The notes beneath the pieces were generated by a model. The model had not been told where the DNA came from, searched no databases, and worked only from the letters and a program-made list of their open reading frames with translations. The position numbers and the translations under genes were made by a program. Positions 24,941 to 33,420 of a stretch of DNA of 42,243 bases are shown piece after piece. Numbering within the stretch: position 1 is the stretch's first letter; each line of letters begins with the position of its first letter. The stretch is from IMG/VR virus record IMGVR_UViG_3300009156_000013; one strand, given 5' to 3'. The DNA is from a virus.

Positions 24941-26179
24941 TCAGTAACCTCGCCGGATCATCCAGCGGATGGCCTCGAGATCGCACTCGCATGGGGTAGG
25001 CGAGTGTGGTTGCACGACCGTGGCGTCAGCCACCGCGAGTAGACCAGCGCCGCCAAGGTCTACCGACGTAAGGTGCTCCACGCTCGGGCCCGACACCGTG
25101 GCGTCAGCGATCGCAAACGATCCAGCGCCAGCGGATACCGTCGCCGAGAACATCTCTCTCGCTGGGTTGCCAACGACGATACCAGACACGCCGTCGGTCA
25201 TTGTGCTGGTGGCGGTCTCGCGAACCGGCGAAGCGATCGTCAGTGCCGACCCGCCATCCGTCGCTGAGACCGTGAACGTTTCCCGCGTCGGGCTACCGAC
25301 CACGAGACTCGAGCCGCCGTCGATCGCGACCGACGTCGTGTGCTCCACGGCCCCGCCCGACACCGTGGCATCCGCGATTACGAACGTGCCGCCGCCATCG
25401 AACGCCGTGACACCGGCTGGGATCTCCCTAGTCGATGCCGCAATCGTGAAGGTGCCGCCACCGTCCGCGGCTACCGACGTCGTGTGCTCGACCAGCGACT
25501 TGATCGCGATCGTTTGCCGTGCTGTCCCGTTTGGCGCGACGTTGTCGGTATATGCTGGTGGATCTTCGGTTGCCGCCGAGAGCCCGTCGCGCGCACGGCG
25601 CTTCACGGCGAGATGTGTTACGTGCGACGCATTGGCGTTCTGGATCTCGATTGTGTAGTTGGCGCCCGCCGTGCCCTGCGTTGATCCGGCCGTGGTGACA
25701 TGCCATGCCGCGACCGCGAGGATCAGGTAGTCGCCAGTTAGCGTGCCCGACGCCGGTACCACCGGGCAGTCAGGGGCCTGGTTGCCGGTTCCTGTGATCG
25801 CCGTTCCGAGCCGCGGCAGCGCTGTATCCAGGTTCGCCGAGTACGTTCCCGCGGTGAGCACGATCATTCCGAGCGATGACTGATTCGCGGTGCCGTTGGC
25901 GATGTTGAATGGCGTGTAGCTGACCGCGCCGGCACCGGTCGCCTTCTTCACGCATGCGCTCAGCCGTCCATCAGTGGAGCCATCCTCGTGGGCATGCTGG
26001 AACCACTCGAAAAAGGTCGACTTGACCGTATGCGTGATCGTCGTGCTGTCGGCGCCCTGCGTCCAAAGGAAGAAGATGCAGAGATCGCCGACCGCCGTGC
26101 TCGACGGCGAGGTAATCGAAACGTCGCCATTCGTGACGATCGCAGGAATGACCGAGCCGCGAATGGTGGGCGCGGCCAT
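24941..26179 (-). CDS. Fibre-like protein with tandem beta-repeat C-terminal half (412 aa)
   Basis: The N-terminal domain contains GDLCIFFLW and GDYLILAVAAW. Residues ~230-389 are about seven degenerate 20-26-aa repeats (DGGGTFTIAASTRE / DGGSSLVVGSPTRE / IADATVSG.(A/S)VEH.TSV). Confidence 0.6.
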   Translation of the reverse strand: MAAPTIRGSVIPAIVTNGDVSITSPSSTAVGDLCIFFLWTQGADSTTITHTVKSTFFEWFQHAHEDGSTDGRLSACVKKATGAGAVSYTPFNIANGTANQSSLGMIVLTAGTYSANLDTALPRLGTAITGTGNQAPDCPVVPASGTLTGDYLILAVAAWHVTTAGSTQGTAGANYTIEIQNANASHVTHLAVKRRARDGLSAATEDPPAYTDNVAPNGTARQTIAIKSLVEHTTSVAADGGGTFTIAASTREIPAGVTAFDGGGTFVIADATVSGGAVEHTTSVAIDGGSSLVVGSPTRETFTVSATDGGSALTIASPVRETATSTMTDGVSGIVVGNPAREMFSATVSAGAGSFAIADATVSGPSVEHLTSVDLGGAGLLAVADATVVQPHSPTPCECDLEAIRWMIRRGY

Positions 26180-26186
26180 GCGCTGC

Positions 26187-26579
26187 CTATGGCAGGGTCC
26201 CCGAGATCGTTAGGTCCACATCGCCGATCGCGATCGTCAGCGTATCCCCGGCAGTCACGACCTTGCTCGACGGCAGATCGTCAGCGCCCAGGAACGTGCC
26301 GCCCGAGCTTGCCGACCAGGCCGATACATGGGTCAACGTTTCACTCGTCGAGAGGTTCGTCCACTGCACCTGAGCAGTATTGCTGATCGCGCCACTTGCT
26401 GCTGCGCTGCCAAACGTCACAGCCTGACGCGTGGTCTCGCCAGCAGCATTGCTGGTCCCGGCTGCTCCCGGCGACCCGATGTGCAGCTTGAGGTAGTAGG
26501 CGGCTTCCGCGGTGTACGTCGCGCGACCCGTCACTGCGTCGAGCATCTTATTTTTAACGGTGTCCGAGAATGCGCCCAC
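26187..26579 (-). CDS. Conserved small phage structural-module protein (130 aa)
   Basis: GTG start preceded by AGGAGAA. LKLHIGSPGAAGTSNAAGETTRQAVTFG recalls, from memory, small fibre-associated proteins of many phages. Confidence 0.55.
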   Translation of the reverse strand: MGAFSDTVKNKMLDAVTGRATYTAEAAYYLKLHIGSPGAAGTSNAAGETTRQAVTFGSAAASGAISNTAQVQWTNLSTSETLTHVSAWSASSGGTFLGADDLPSSKVVTAGDTLTIAIGDVDLTISGTLP

Positions 26580-26588
26580 GGTGTTCTC

Positions 26589-28445
26589 CTAACTGGCTCG
26601 AAGTTGCATCGCCTGCGGCGAAAGCGCCGCTTGCGGCGGGGCCATTGTCGGATCCGGCAGCGCGCCTGGCATCGGCGGCTCGCCCGCCATCTCGGCGCCA
26701 GGTGCAGCCATGTTCGCGTTGGCCGCGTCGGGTTGCGCCAGTTTGCCCATGAACACGGCCTGCACGATGTACTGCCGCAACGACTCGAGGACGTCCTCGG
26801 GCGCGTCGTCACGGAGCCATTGCGCATACTCGCGCTGTGCCCGCCACTGGCAGATCGATAGGTTGGTCATCGGATCCGGCATTACGACGTGACCGTCCGC
26901 GATCGCGTCCAGGTCGAGCTCGACGACCTCGATCACCGCGGTGTAGAGCGATAGCTCGCGCTCGAGATCCGGGTGCTGGAACAGTTTCCGCGCCTGGTCG
27001 GTCGAGATGATGCCCGCCTGCGCAAACTCGACGACGAGCTGCAGCCTGCCCGCCGGGGTGCGGTTCAGGTTGCTCGCTGCCTTCATCTGCACGCGGACGT
27101 CGCCGAGGTCGACGTCCTTCCATGTCATCGTCTCGGAGCCGAAGCGAGACCGGCGCGTGACTCGCGGCGCCTTCGCGCCGAGGTCCTTGCAGACGTCGAT
27201 CAGTAGGTAATTCGTCCACAAGATCAGATGCTCGAACGCGATCTCCTGTGACGCGAAGCGCTGCGTGGTCTGATCTTTGAACTCGCGCATCGCGACGCCC
27301 GAGTCCAGGCCGGGCGGTTTCGCGCCGTGCGTCGCCATGCTCGTCTGGCCGAACTCCTGCTGCGCCGACTCCTTGAGCGTGCGGTTGCGGTTGTATGTCT
27401 CATTCGGCACAGCCTGGTGCTGGACGGTCTGCGGCGTGTCAGCTCGGTAGATCGTGTAGCCGTTCTGCCTGTTCGACTTGTGGCCGATGTTCGCGTCGGC
27501 GGGGCGCACGTAGATCGGCGGAGCAACGACATTGTCGTTACCCTTCTCGATGTGCCAGTTGTTGCGGTTGAGTGCGCGCTGAATGCCCATGATCCGCTCG
27601 GCGCCGCTGATCTTGTAGAAGCTGTTGACGCGATCCGACCAGATCATCATCGGGAACGGGAAGTGCTCCTTATTCCACTGCTCGTCTTCGAGCGTCTTGC
27701 CCTCGATCACGAGCGAGACGCGACCCGGCTTGTAGCTCCGATACTTCTTCTTCGGATTATAGTCCTTCGGTTTCTTGCCGACGGGCAGCCGGTAGCTCCA
27801 CAGACACTCGACGTCGTTGGACATCAGATTGCGCGAGTAACTGTTGCGTCGCTTGCGCCCGATCGCGCGTGCCTTGCGGATCTCGTCGGCGGCATCCGGG
27901 TATCGCAGCTCGAGCTCGTCAGCGTCGACGTAGTCCCACTGGTGTATTTGCCGCGGGTCGCGGCCATCGCGGCACTCGTCCGGCGGCACGACGATGTTCT
28001 CGAGCAGCACGTGCTCGACACGGGGCTCATCGAACACCGCGTGCACCTTCAGGAGACCGTTGCCCTTCTTGCTCGCTTCCTTGAACGCCTTGCGACACTT
28101 CTGCAGGACTTCGTAACGAGTCGCCAGATCTTCGCTGTACCACTCGAGTCGCCGTGCGGTGCGCTGCTGTTTCCAGTCCGCGCCGTCGGTCATGTAGCGC
28201 GCGCGGATGTCTGTGTTCGCGATCACCGCAGACACGGTGTCAATGTTGCTCGCGATCGCGTTCTCGGTGACGCGGTCCTGCTGTCGGCGATCAGCATCTG
28301 GATTGTTGGGGTCGTAGAGGTACTCGAGCCGAAACAGCCGCTCGAAGACGTCGCCGAGCTCGTCCTCTGCGCCGTTGACGAAACGGATCGTCTCCTTGTG
28401 TGCTTCGCCGCGCGGCGCGCTCCACCACGTCACGTCGTTCGCCAT
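26589..28445 (-). CDS. Portal protein candidate (618 aa)
   Basis: The size and the position one small gene downstream of the large terminase fit a portal. ATG preceded by GAGGAA. Confidence 0.65.
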   Translation of the reverse strand: MANDVTWWSAPRGEAHKETIRFVNGAEDELGDVFERLFRLEYLYDPNNPDADRRQQDRVTENAIASNIDTVSAVIANTDIRARYMTDGADWKQQRTARRLEWYSEDLATRYEVLQKCRKAFKEASKKGNGLLKVHAVFDEPRVEHVLLENIVVPPDECRDGRDPRQIHQWDYVDADELELRYPDAADEIRKARAIGRKRRNSYSRNLMSNDVECLWSYRLPVGKKPKDYNPKKKYRSYKPGRVSLVIEGKTLEDEQWNKEHFPFPMMIWSDRVNSFYKISGAERIMGIQRALNRNNWHIEKGNDNVVAPPIYVRPADANIGHKSNRQNGYTIYRADTPQTVQHQAVPNETYNRNRTLKESAQQEFGQTSMATHGAKPPGLDSGVAMREFKDQTTQRFASQEIAFEHLILWTNYLLIDVCKDLGAKAPRVTRRSRFGSETMTWKDVDLGDVRVQMKAASNLNRTPAGRLQLVVEFAQAGIISTDQARKLFQHPDLERELSLYTAVIEVVELDLDAIADGHVVMPDPMTNLSICQWRAQREYAQWLRDDAPEDVLESLRQYIVQAVFMGKLAQPDAANANMAAPGAEMAGEPPMPGALPDPTMAPPQAALSPQAMQLRAS

Positions 28446-28448
28446 GGT

Positions 28449-28703
28449 CTATTCCTCGTCGTCCTTGTCGGGCTGATCGGCGCCTCGGCGCCGTGGGACT
28501 TGCCCGCCGTAGGTGTCTGGGTCGTCGAGCGGGTTGCCCTGTCCGTCGTCGGCAGGCTGCGGCAGCGCCACGGGCGGCGGTTCTGCTCCTGCGAGATCGA
28601 AGCTGACTTCGCCCACCGTCACGCGGCCTACTACGCCGGCCTCGCGTAGCGCCAGCGCCTGCCTGGCGATCGTTATAAGGACTTCTTCTAATATCTTGGC
28701 CAT
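28449..28703 (-). CDS. Hypothetical acidic protein (84 aa) between terminase and portal
   Basis: ATG 28703 (MAKILEEV...) lies within track ORF 28449..29105, whose upstream part overlaps terL in another frame. Confidence 0.5.
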   Translation of the reverse strand: MAKILEEVLITIARQALALREAGVVGRVTVGEVSFDLAGAEPPPVALPQPADDGQGNPLDDPDTYGGQVPRRRGADQPDKDDEE

Positions 28704-28707
28704 CCCG

Positions 28708-30426
28708 CTACCAATCGTCATCTTCGGTCCATTCGAGCGGCGCGCGCAATCCCTCTTCGTTGTCGTCCGGTTCTGCGCTGTCGATCCCAGGCGCGAGCCC
28801 CATCGGATCGCTGTAGGTCTCTGCGGCTTTCGTTTTCGGATCTTGCGCAACACGCCCGGACTCGAACATGGCCGCGATCTCACGTAGCCCGTAGACGACG
28901 AGATCGCTCGAGTGGTTCGCCTGCGCCGGGTCCTCAACAAGCTTGCCGCTCTCGAGCTCACGCCACTGCAGCTGCTCGAGCTGCTCGTGCATGGGCGAAT
29001 CGAGCAGCACAAAGAATCGTCCGTCCGTAAATTCGCCATTAGCGAGCTCGATCGCGCCTGCCTTGTACTCTGGTTTCTTGTCGGCCTTGTCGGCCTTGAT
29101 TCCATAGACGTTGCGCAAATCCTCGAGTAACGCGTTGTCGGTGTCGATCACGATCGAATCCGGCCACCCAATCTCACCGAACATGCCACCGTACTTCGTC
29201 GGAAAAATACCGGTCTTGATGTACCCGTCCACCTGGTCGACGCCGAGCAGCAACTCCGCGATTGGCTTGCCGTAGCCCATGCCGGTGCGCTCGAACGACA
29301 TACATTGCCACTTGCGACGCTCGGGATCGTGTGGTGAGAACGCGAACACCGAGCACGCGAACGGATCCTTGTGGCCCGAGTCCATCGGCACGACGAAGCG
29401 CCAATCGGTGAATGCAGCGTGCAGCTTCCTGAGTCGAGCGAGCGCGGCCTTTAGTCCCGCGACGCCCTCGACAATCCCCGCGCCGTCGAACGGATCCCAT
29501 ACGTTCCATTCGCGACCGTCGTCCAGATACGGCCGGAACGGACCGAACACGCGCATCGTCCCGTCTGTCGCCCAAATGGCCCTGTATTCGCGGAGCCAGA
29601 TCGGGTTGTCGTCGGTCCATTTATTGTCGGCCTTCTCGATCAGCGCCTCGGCCCACAGCTCAGCAAGCGCGGGGTACTTGGACTCCGCGTCTGGCAGCTT
29701 GAGCACGTCTTCGAGGTCCCAGTGATGCGAGCTGTAGCCGCGATAGCCGGGGAACTTCTCGCGCTCGCCGTACGGCCGATGCTTGTCCGAGCCGGGTCGC
29801 GTCGCGTCGTAAAACAAGCCGCGGCGATCTCGACCCGGCGTGCCGCCTAGACCTAGGCAACGGACGCGTGGACCGATCACCTGATAGACCGTGTACTCGA
29901 GCAGAGAAGGCTTGATCGCCCCGCACTCGTCCAGCTGCACCTCGTCGTAGGTGTCGCCGCGCCACTTGTCGGCGTCGGCAATGTCCTGCAGCCCGGATAG
30001 CTGATACGTCGACCCCGTGCGGTGAATCGTGCAGCGGAGCTCCGTCTCGTTGAAGGTGACGTCTTTGCCGGCGGCGAAGCCGAGCTTGTGGAGCAGCGCC
30101 TTGAGTGGCGTCCACATCAGGTCTTTCGCGCGCGCGCGTGTCGACGCGAAATAGAGCACCTTCGCGCGCGCCTTGCCCGTCAGCAAAAGGACGCCGCGGA
30201 CGCGAAACGACGTTGTCTTCGCGCCGCCGCGGCCGACGCAGTACGAGTAGCGCCGCGCGGGATCGATAACGGCGTCGTACTGAAGCGGGTGACAGCCGTC
30301 GAGCAGCGTCTTTCGGATGACATCGGCCCATGCGCGATCCGGTTCGTACGTAGAGATCGCGGCCTTCTCGCGTGCGGCCTTCTTACGCGTGTGTGGCTTG
30401 GCGGGCGTCGCCGAGCGACGGGTCAC
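28708..30426 (-). CDS. terL: Terminase large subunit
   Basis: Walker A-like VGRGGAKTTS and Walker B YDEVQLDECG, with a C-terminal nuclease-like half containing acidic residues (IVIDTDN). The 572-aa size fits. GTG in a GTGA overlap. Confidence 0.85.
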   Translation of the reverse strand: MTRRSATPAKPHTRKKAAREKAAISTYEPDRAWADVIRKTLLDGCHPLQYDAVIDPARRYSYCVGRGGAKTTSFRVRGVLLLTGKARAKVLYFASTRARAKDLMWTPLKALLHKLGFAAGKDVTFNETELRCTIHRTGSTYQLSGLQDIADADKWRGDTYDEVQLDECGAIKPSLLEYTVYQVIGPRVRCLGLGGTPGRDRRGLFYDATRPGSDKHRPYGEREKFPGYRGYSSHHWDLEDVLKLPDAESKYPALAELWAEALIEKADNKWTDDNPIWLREYRAIWATDGTMRVFGPFRPYLDDGREWNVWDPFDGAGIVEGVAGLKAALARLRKLHAAFTDWRFVVPMDSGHKDPFACSVFAFSPHDPERRKWQCMSFERTGMGYGKPIAELLLGVDQVDGYIKTGIFPTKYGGMFGEIGWPDSIVIDTDNALLEDLRNVYGIKADKADKKPEYKAGAIELANGEFTDGRFFVLLDSPMHEQLEQLQWRELESGKLVEDPAQANHSSDLVVYGLREIAAMFESGRVAQDPKTKAAETYSDPMGLAPGIDSAEPDDNEEGLRAPLEWTEDDDW

Positions 30427-30590
30427 GCGCCCCGAGCGCTCTTTCGGCGTCCGTCATCGCCCCGCACTGCGGTGTTGCACTGGCGGCGGATCCAGTTCGA
30501 AAGCGTCCGATCTTCTGCCTCAGCGGCAGCGAGCCAGCGTTTGCGCTCCTCCGCAGTGAGCCGCATCATCACAATCGCGTCTTTATTCAT
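30423..30590 (-). CDS. Ribbon-helix-helix (CopG/Arc-type) protein, 55 aa, coupled to terL
   Basis: Not in the ORF track (<60 aa). My own translation is MNKDAIVMMRLTAEERKRWLAAAEAEDRTLSNWIRRQCNTAVRGDDGRRKSARGA. The stop is in a GTGA overlap with the terL start. Confidence 0.6.
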   Translation of the reverse strand: MNKDAIVMMRLTAEERKRWLAAAEAEDRTLSNWIRRQCNTAVRGDDGRRKSARGA

Positions 30591-30930
30591 CCGCCGGCAC
30601 CGACACGGCCCACGTGTCCGGGATCTGAAACGGCTTTCCCATCGGCGTCCACTCGGCGATCTCTTTGCCGTCCTTGCCCGTGCGCGTCACCTTGCGGCTC
30701 TTTGTTACGCGGAACACACGCAGCCACGGCCGGTGCTCAATCTCGATCTTCTCGCTGCCTTGAACGCCGGCCGTCAGGTTCGGCATGATGCGCTCGCTCT
30801 TGCCTTCGATCCCGTCGGGCAACTTCACGCCGTGCGGGTTGGCAGCCGAGAAGAACAGCTTCTCGATTGGGATTGGCGTGCGGTTGTCGCTGTGCTGCTT
30901 GACGGTCTGCGGTGTCATGGTTGTGCTCAT
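30583..30930 (-). CDS. Hypothetical protein (115 aa; small-terminase position)
   Basis: ATG 30930 (MSTTMTPQ...) in an ATGA overlap with the GNAT stop. No motif recognised. Confidence 0.5.
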   Translation of the reverse strand: MSTTMTPQTVKQHSDNRTPIPIEKLFFSAANPHGVKLPDGIEGKSERIMPNLTAGVQGSEKIEIEHRPWLRVFRVTKSRKVTRTGKDGKEIAEWTPMGKPFQIPDTWAVSVPADE

Positions 30931-31424
30931 AGGGCGCGCCTCCTGGCTTCCTTTGGATATCTCGCTTCGAGGTTGTGGAATCGTGCCGATGGGATCTTGT
31001 GCGAGAGCGTCGACACGATTCCAGTCTTGCACACGTAGACGAAGTACTTCGCCGGGTCGACGCCGAGTGCACCGAACAGGCCACGTGCGATGCCGCCTTT
31101 GCGATACGGCTCTTTCACGTAGCAGTAGTAAACGACTGGCACGCGCTCGCTCATGTCGCCCGCGATGAAGCCGTAGAGAAAGTCAGGATCGTCCTCGTCG
31201 AACGCGAGAATCACATCGACGAATCCGCGATCGAGCGCGTTCGAGATCTGTGGGTGCATTACGCTCGCCCAGTCTTCGTGCCAGATGAGCCCCGCGTAGT
31301 GGCTCTTCTTGTACGAGCTCGACCACATCGCTACGACGAGACTGCAATGGCGCGAGTCCTCGGGACGACCGGGGCACAGGCAGCGTCGCTCGTCGGGTTC
31401 GGCGGGACGGAAGGCGAGCTTCAT
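30927..31424 (-). CDS. GNAT-fold acetyltransferase-like protein (165 aa)
   Basis: ATG 31424 in an ATGA overlap. YCYVKEPYRKGGIARGLF matches the GNAT acetyl-CoA binding motif (R-x-x-G-x-A/G). Confidence 0.5.
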   Translation of the reverse strand: MKLAFRPAEPDERRCLCPGRPEDSRHCSLVVAMWSSSYKKSHYAGLIWHEDWASVMHPQISNALDRGFVDVILAFDEDDPDFLYGFIAGDMSERVPVVYYCYVKEPYRKGGIARGLFGALGVDPAKYFVYVCKTGIVSTLSHKIPSARFHNLEARYPKEARRRAL

Positions 31425-31759
31425 GCCGATCCGATCGTTGCGAAGCCGGACAGGAACACTGTGAGCACGCCTTCGCACAAGAACCACGCGCTCGGCCGTC
31501 CGTCGTCTTCGTCTGCGGTCTCCTTCTTGCGATAGACAGCCTCTGCGATCGTTGCAATCTGCACGTCTCTTACGGCGATTTCCCAGCCCCCTTCGTCGGG
31601 CGACACGCACCACATCAGCGGCTCAGCGCCGTGGCGGTTGAAGTAGATCCGCCAGCGACCCTGCATCGAAAATTCACGACGCAGCGGAGCGGAGGACAGC
31701 TGGACCCCTTCGCGGGCGATCTTCTGCGCCAGAAACGCGACTCCTTCGTCGACTGTCAC
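31421..31759 (-). CDS. Hypothetical protein (112 aa)
   Basis: GTG 31759 in a GTGA overlap. No motif recognised. Confidence 0.5.
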   Translation of the reverse strand: MTVDEGVAFLAQKIAREGVQLSSAPLRREFSMQGRWRIYFNRHGAEPLMWCVSPDEGGWEIAVRDVQIATIAEAVYRKKETADEDDGRPSAWFLCEGVLTVFLSGFATIGSA

Positions 31760-32112
31760 CGCAGTAGCTCCTTCGTTTCTTGCCGCCGCTTCTCGTCCCA
31801 GATCTTTTTGCGCTCCGCCTGAAACTCCTCGACGTCCTGACCTTCGCCGAGCTTTCTCGTATCGAGGTAGGTCTTGCGCTCAGGTCGCTCCCACCTGCCA
31901 CGCGTGACCTCGACGCGGCGAACGCGGCAACCGACCGGCGACGGCGTCCATGCGGCAATCCGATCGCAAGTGACCGAGCATTGCACGACGTCCGGCGCCT
32001 CCCCGTTCTTGTCGCGCCCGACCTCGGCGTCGAATTCGCCGTGAACCGGGCACATGTACACCGCGACAATCGGCCGCGTGCTGTCGCCGCTATGTTTGCG
32101 GACGAACGTCAT
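31756..32112 (-). CDS. Hypothetical protein (118 aa, Cys-containing, basic C-terminus)
   Basis: ATG 32112 in an ATGA overlap. Confidence 0.5.
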   Translation of the reverse strand: MTFVRKHSGDSTRPIVAVYMCPVHGEFDAEVGRDKNGEAPDVVQCSVTCDRIAAWTPSPVGCRVRRVEVTRGRWERPERKTYLDTRKLGEGQDVEEFQAERKKIWDEKRRQETKELLR

Positions 32113-32270
32113 CGGCGGGCCTTTCGCTTGTCGCCCCGGCCGCGGATGTGCGCGTTCACGACGACACGGATCCAGTCGGAGGCCGCGCGCTGGGCGGCAG
32201 CGGCAGCGGCTAGCCAGTCTCTGCGCTCCTCTGCGCGCACACGAATTTGGAAGATCTTGTCGCGCTTCAT
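32109..32270 (-). CDS. Ribbon-helix-helix protein (53 aa)
   Basis: The internal ATG 32270 of track ORF 32109..32354 sits in an ATGA overlap. MKRDKIFQIRVRAEERRDWLAAAAAAQRAASDWIRVVV is paralogous in pattern to the RHH at 30423..30590. Confidence 0.55.
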   Translation of the reverse strand: MKRDKIFQIRVRAEERRDWLAAAAAAQRAASDWIRVVVNAHIRGRGDKRKARR

Positions 32271-32617
32271 GCCAAAATGCTGCCTTCCTGCCCCAGTGCC
32301 ACGAGCTCGCGGACGATCGAGCGCTGCTCGTCGGGATCGAGGGTTCGCGCCCATGCGATTACAAGTGGGCGTGTGATCCGCTCGAGTCGCTTGTTCTCGG
32401 CGGCGCGCGCCTTGCGGCGCTCGGCGTCCACCTCGGCCATCATCTTGGTCAGCGTGGCAACGCGATACGCCGGGTCGTGCTTGGTTTCGGGCGCCGATCC
32501 GTCGACGACGGCGACGATCTGCTTGCGCAGGAACGCAAAGGCCAGGTCGTACGTGTCCTGCTCGCCCAACGGAGACGATTCCAGCTTCGACTTAGAAGGT
32601 TTCTTGTGTTTCTGCAT
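32267..32617 (-). CDS. Hypothetical protein (116 aa), first gene after the only sizeable gap in the leftward unit
   Basis: ATG 32617. Helical and charged. No motif recognised. Confidence 0.55.
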   Translation of the reverse strand: MQKHKKPSKSKLESSPLGEQDTYDLAFAFLRKQIVAVVDGSAPETKHDPAYRVATLTKMMAEVDAERRKARAAENKRLERITRPLVIAWARTLDPDEQRSIVRELVALGQEGSILA

Positions 32618-32715
32618 GGTTATACTGGGGTTTCAACCTAGAAATCACAGAAGAGTCGGCGCGCACCCGCCATCCGGGTACCAAACCGCGGCATACCCTC
32701 CCCGGTGGACATCGC

Positions 32716-32883
32716 TCAATGAGACCTCGTGTACGCATCAAGCAGGGCACATGCACTCTCGAGGTTGTCGTTCCCATTGTTCTCCAACAACGCCTTAACC
32801 CTCTTGAGCAGCAATGTACGTACCTCTATCAACAGTTCTCCTTGGCTTTGCTCTTTGCTCTGTCCCAATGCGATATCACTCAT
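32716..32883 (-). CDS. Hypothetical small helical protein (55 aa) in a low-GC patch
   Basis: ATG 32883 (MSDIALGQSKEQ...) in an ATGA overlap with the HNH stop. It is visibly more AT-rich than its neighbours. Confidence 0.45.
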   Translation of the reverse strand: MSDIALGQSKEQSQGELLIEVRTLLLKRVKALLENNGNDNLESACALLDAYTRSH

Positions 32884-33239
32884 GTATTTACTCCGATCGC
32901 CTCTCGATTGCATTGCCTGCACACCCGTCCACGCTCGAGCACGACGGCATGAACAGCCATGTCATGCCCACGTGGACACACTTTGATTCTGCAACGATAT
33001 CGCCATGACCTTCGCATCAGATTCTCGCTCTGCGTCACGGGCTCGAGGTGATGAACAGCAATACAGTGGCGACGTCCGCACAGGTGGTCTAAGACCCTGC
33101 CTTCGGGCACCTCGCCATTGACCGACGTCCACGCGTGGATATGCGCTCGCGTAAGCCCGTGAAACGCATAACCGTCCTTGTCGCGCCGTCCAGTCGCGAG
33201 CAGGCATCCGAAGATCGGATCGAGGTCAGCCACGCGCAT
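32880..33239 (-). CDS. HNH endonuclease (HNH_3-like)
   Basis: Carries LDHLCGRRHCIAVHHLEPVTQSENLMR plus a C-terminal CPRGH...CRQC. Confidence 0.85.
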   Translation of the reverse strand: MRVADLDPIFGCLLATGRRDKDGYAFHGLTRAHIHAWTSVNGEVPEGRVLDHLCGRRHCIAVHHLEPVTQSENLMRRSWRYRCRIKVCPRGHDMAVHAVVLERGRVCRQCNREAIGVNT

Positions 33240-33420
33240 ACTCCGCCAGCAACGCCCTCGCTTCTCTGATCATCGCCTGCTGCGCGTGCGTCGTGTAGCC
33301 ACCCTCGCTATCCACGTGCGCCACAAGCGAGCGTAGCGATTTCTCGAACGCATCCCGCTGCGCCAGGCTCTGCTCGCAGCGATCGCAGCGGGTAGCGAAG
33401 ATTTCGAAGCCGTCGTTCAC
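33226..33420 (-). CDS. Hypothetical protein (64 aa)
   Basis: GTG 33420 in a GTGA overlap. Contains a CDRC pair. Confidence 0.5.
   Translation of the reverse strand: MNDGFEIFATRCDRCEQSLAQRDAFEKSLRSLVAHVDSEGGYTTHAQQAMIREARALLAEYARG

Noticed and set aside
32592-32777. A 61-aa minus-strand ORF spanning the 32618-32715 gap.
   Set aside because: It has an Arg/Gly/Cys/Pro-rich noise composition. It overlaps the better-supported 32716..32883 ORF in another frame and runs into the start of 32267..32617.
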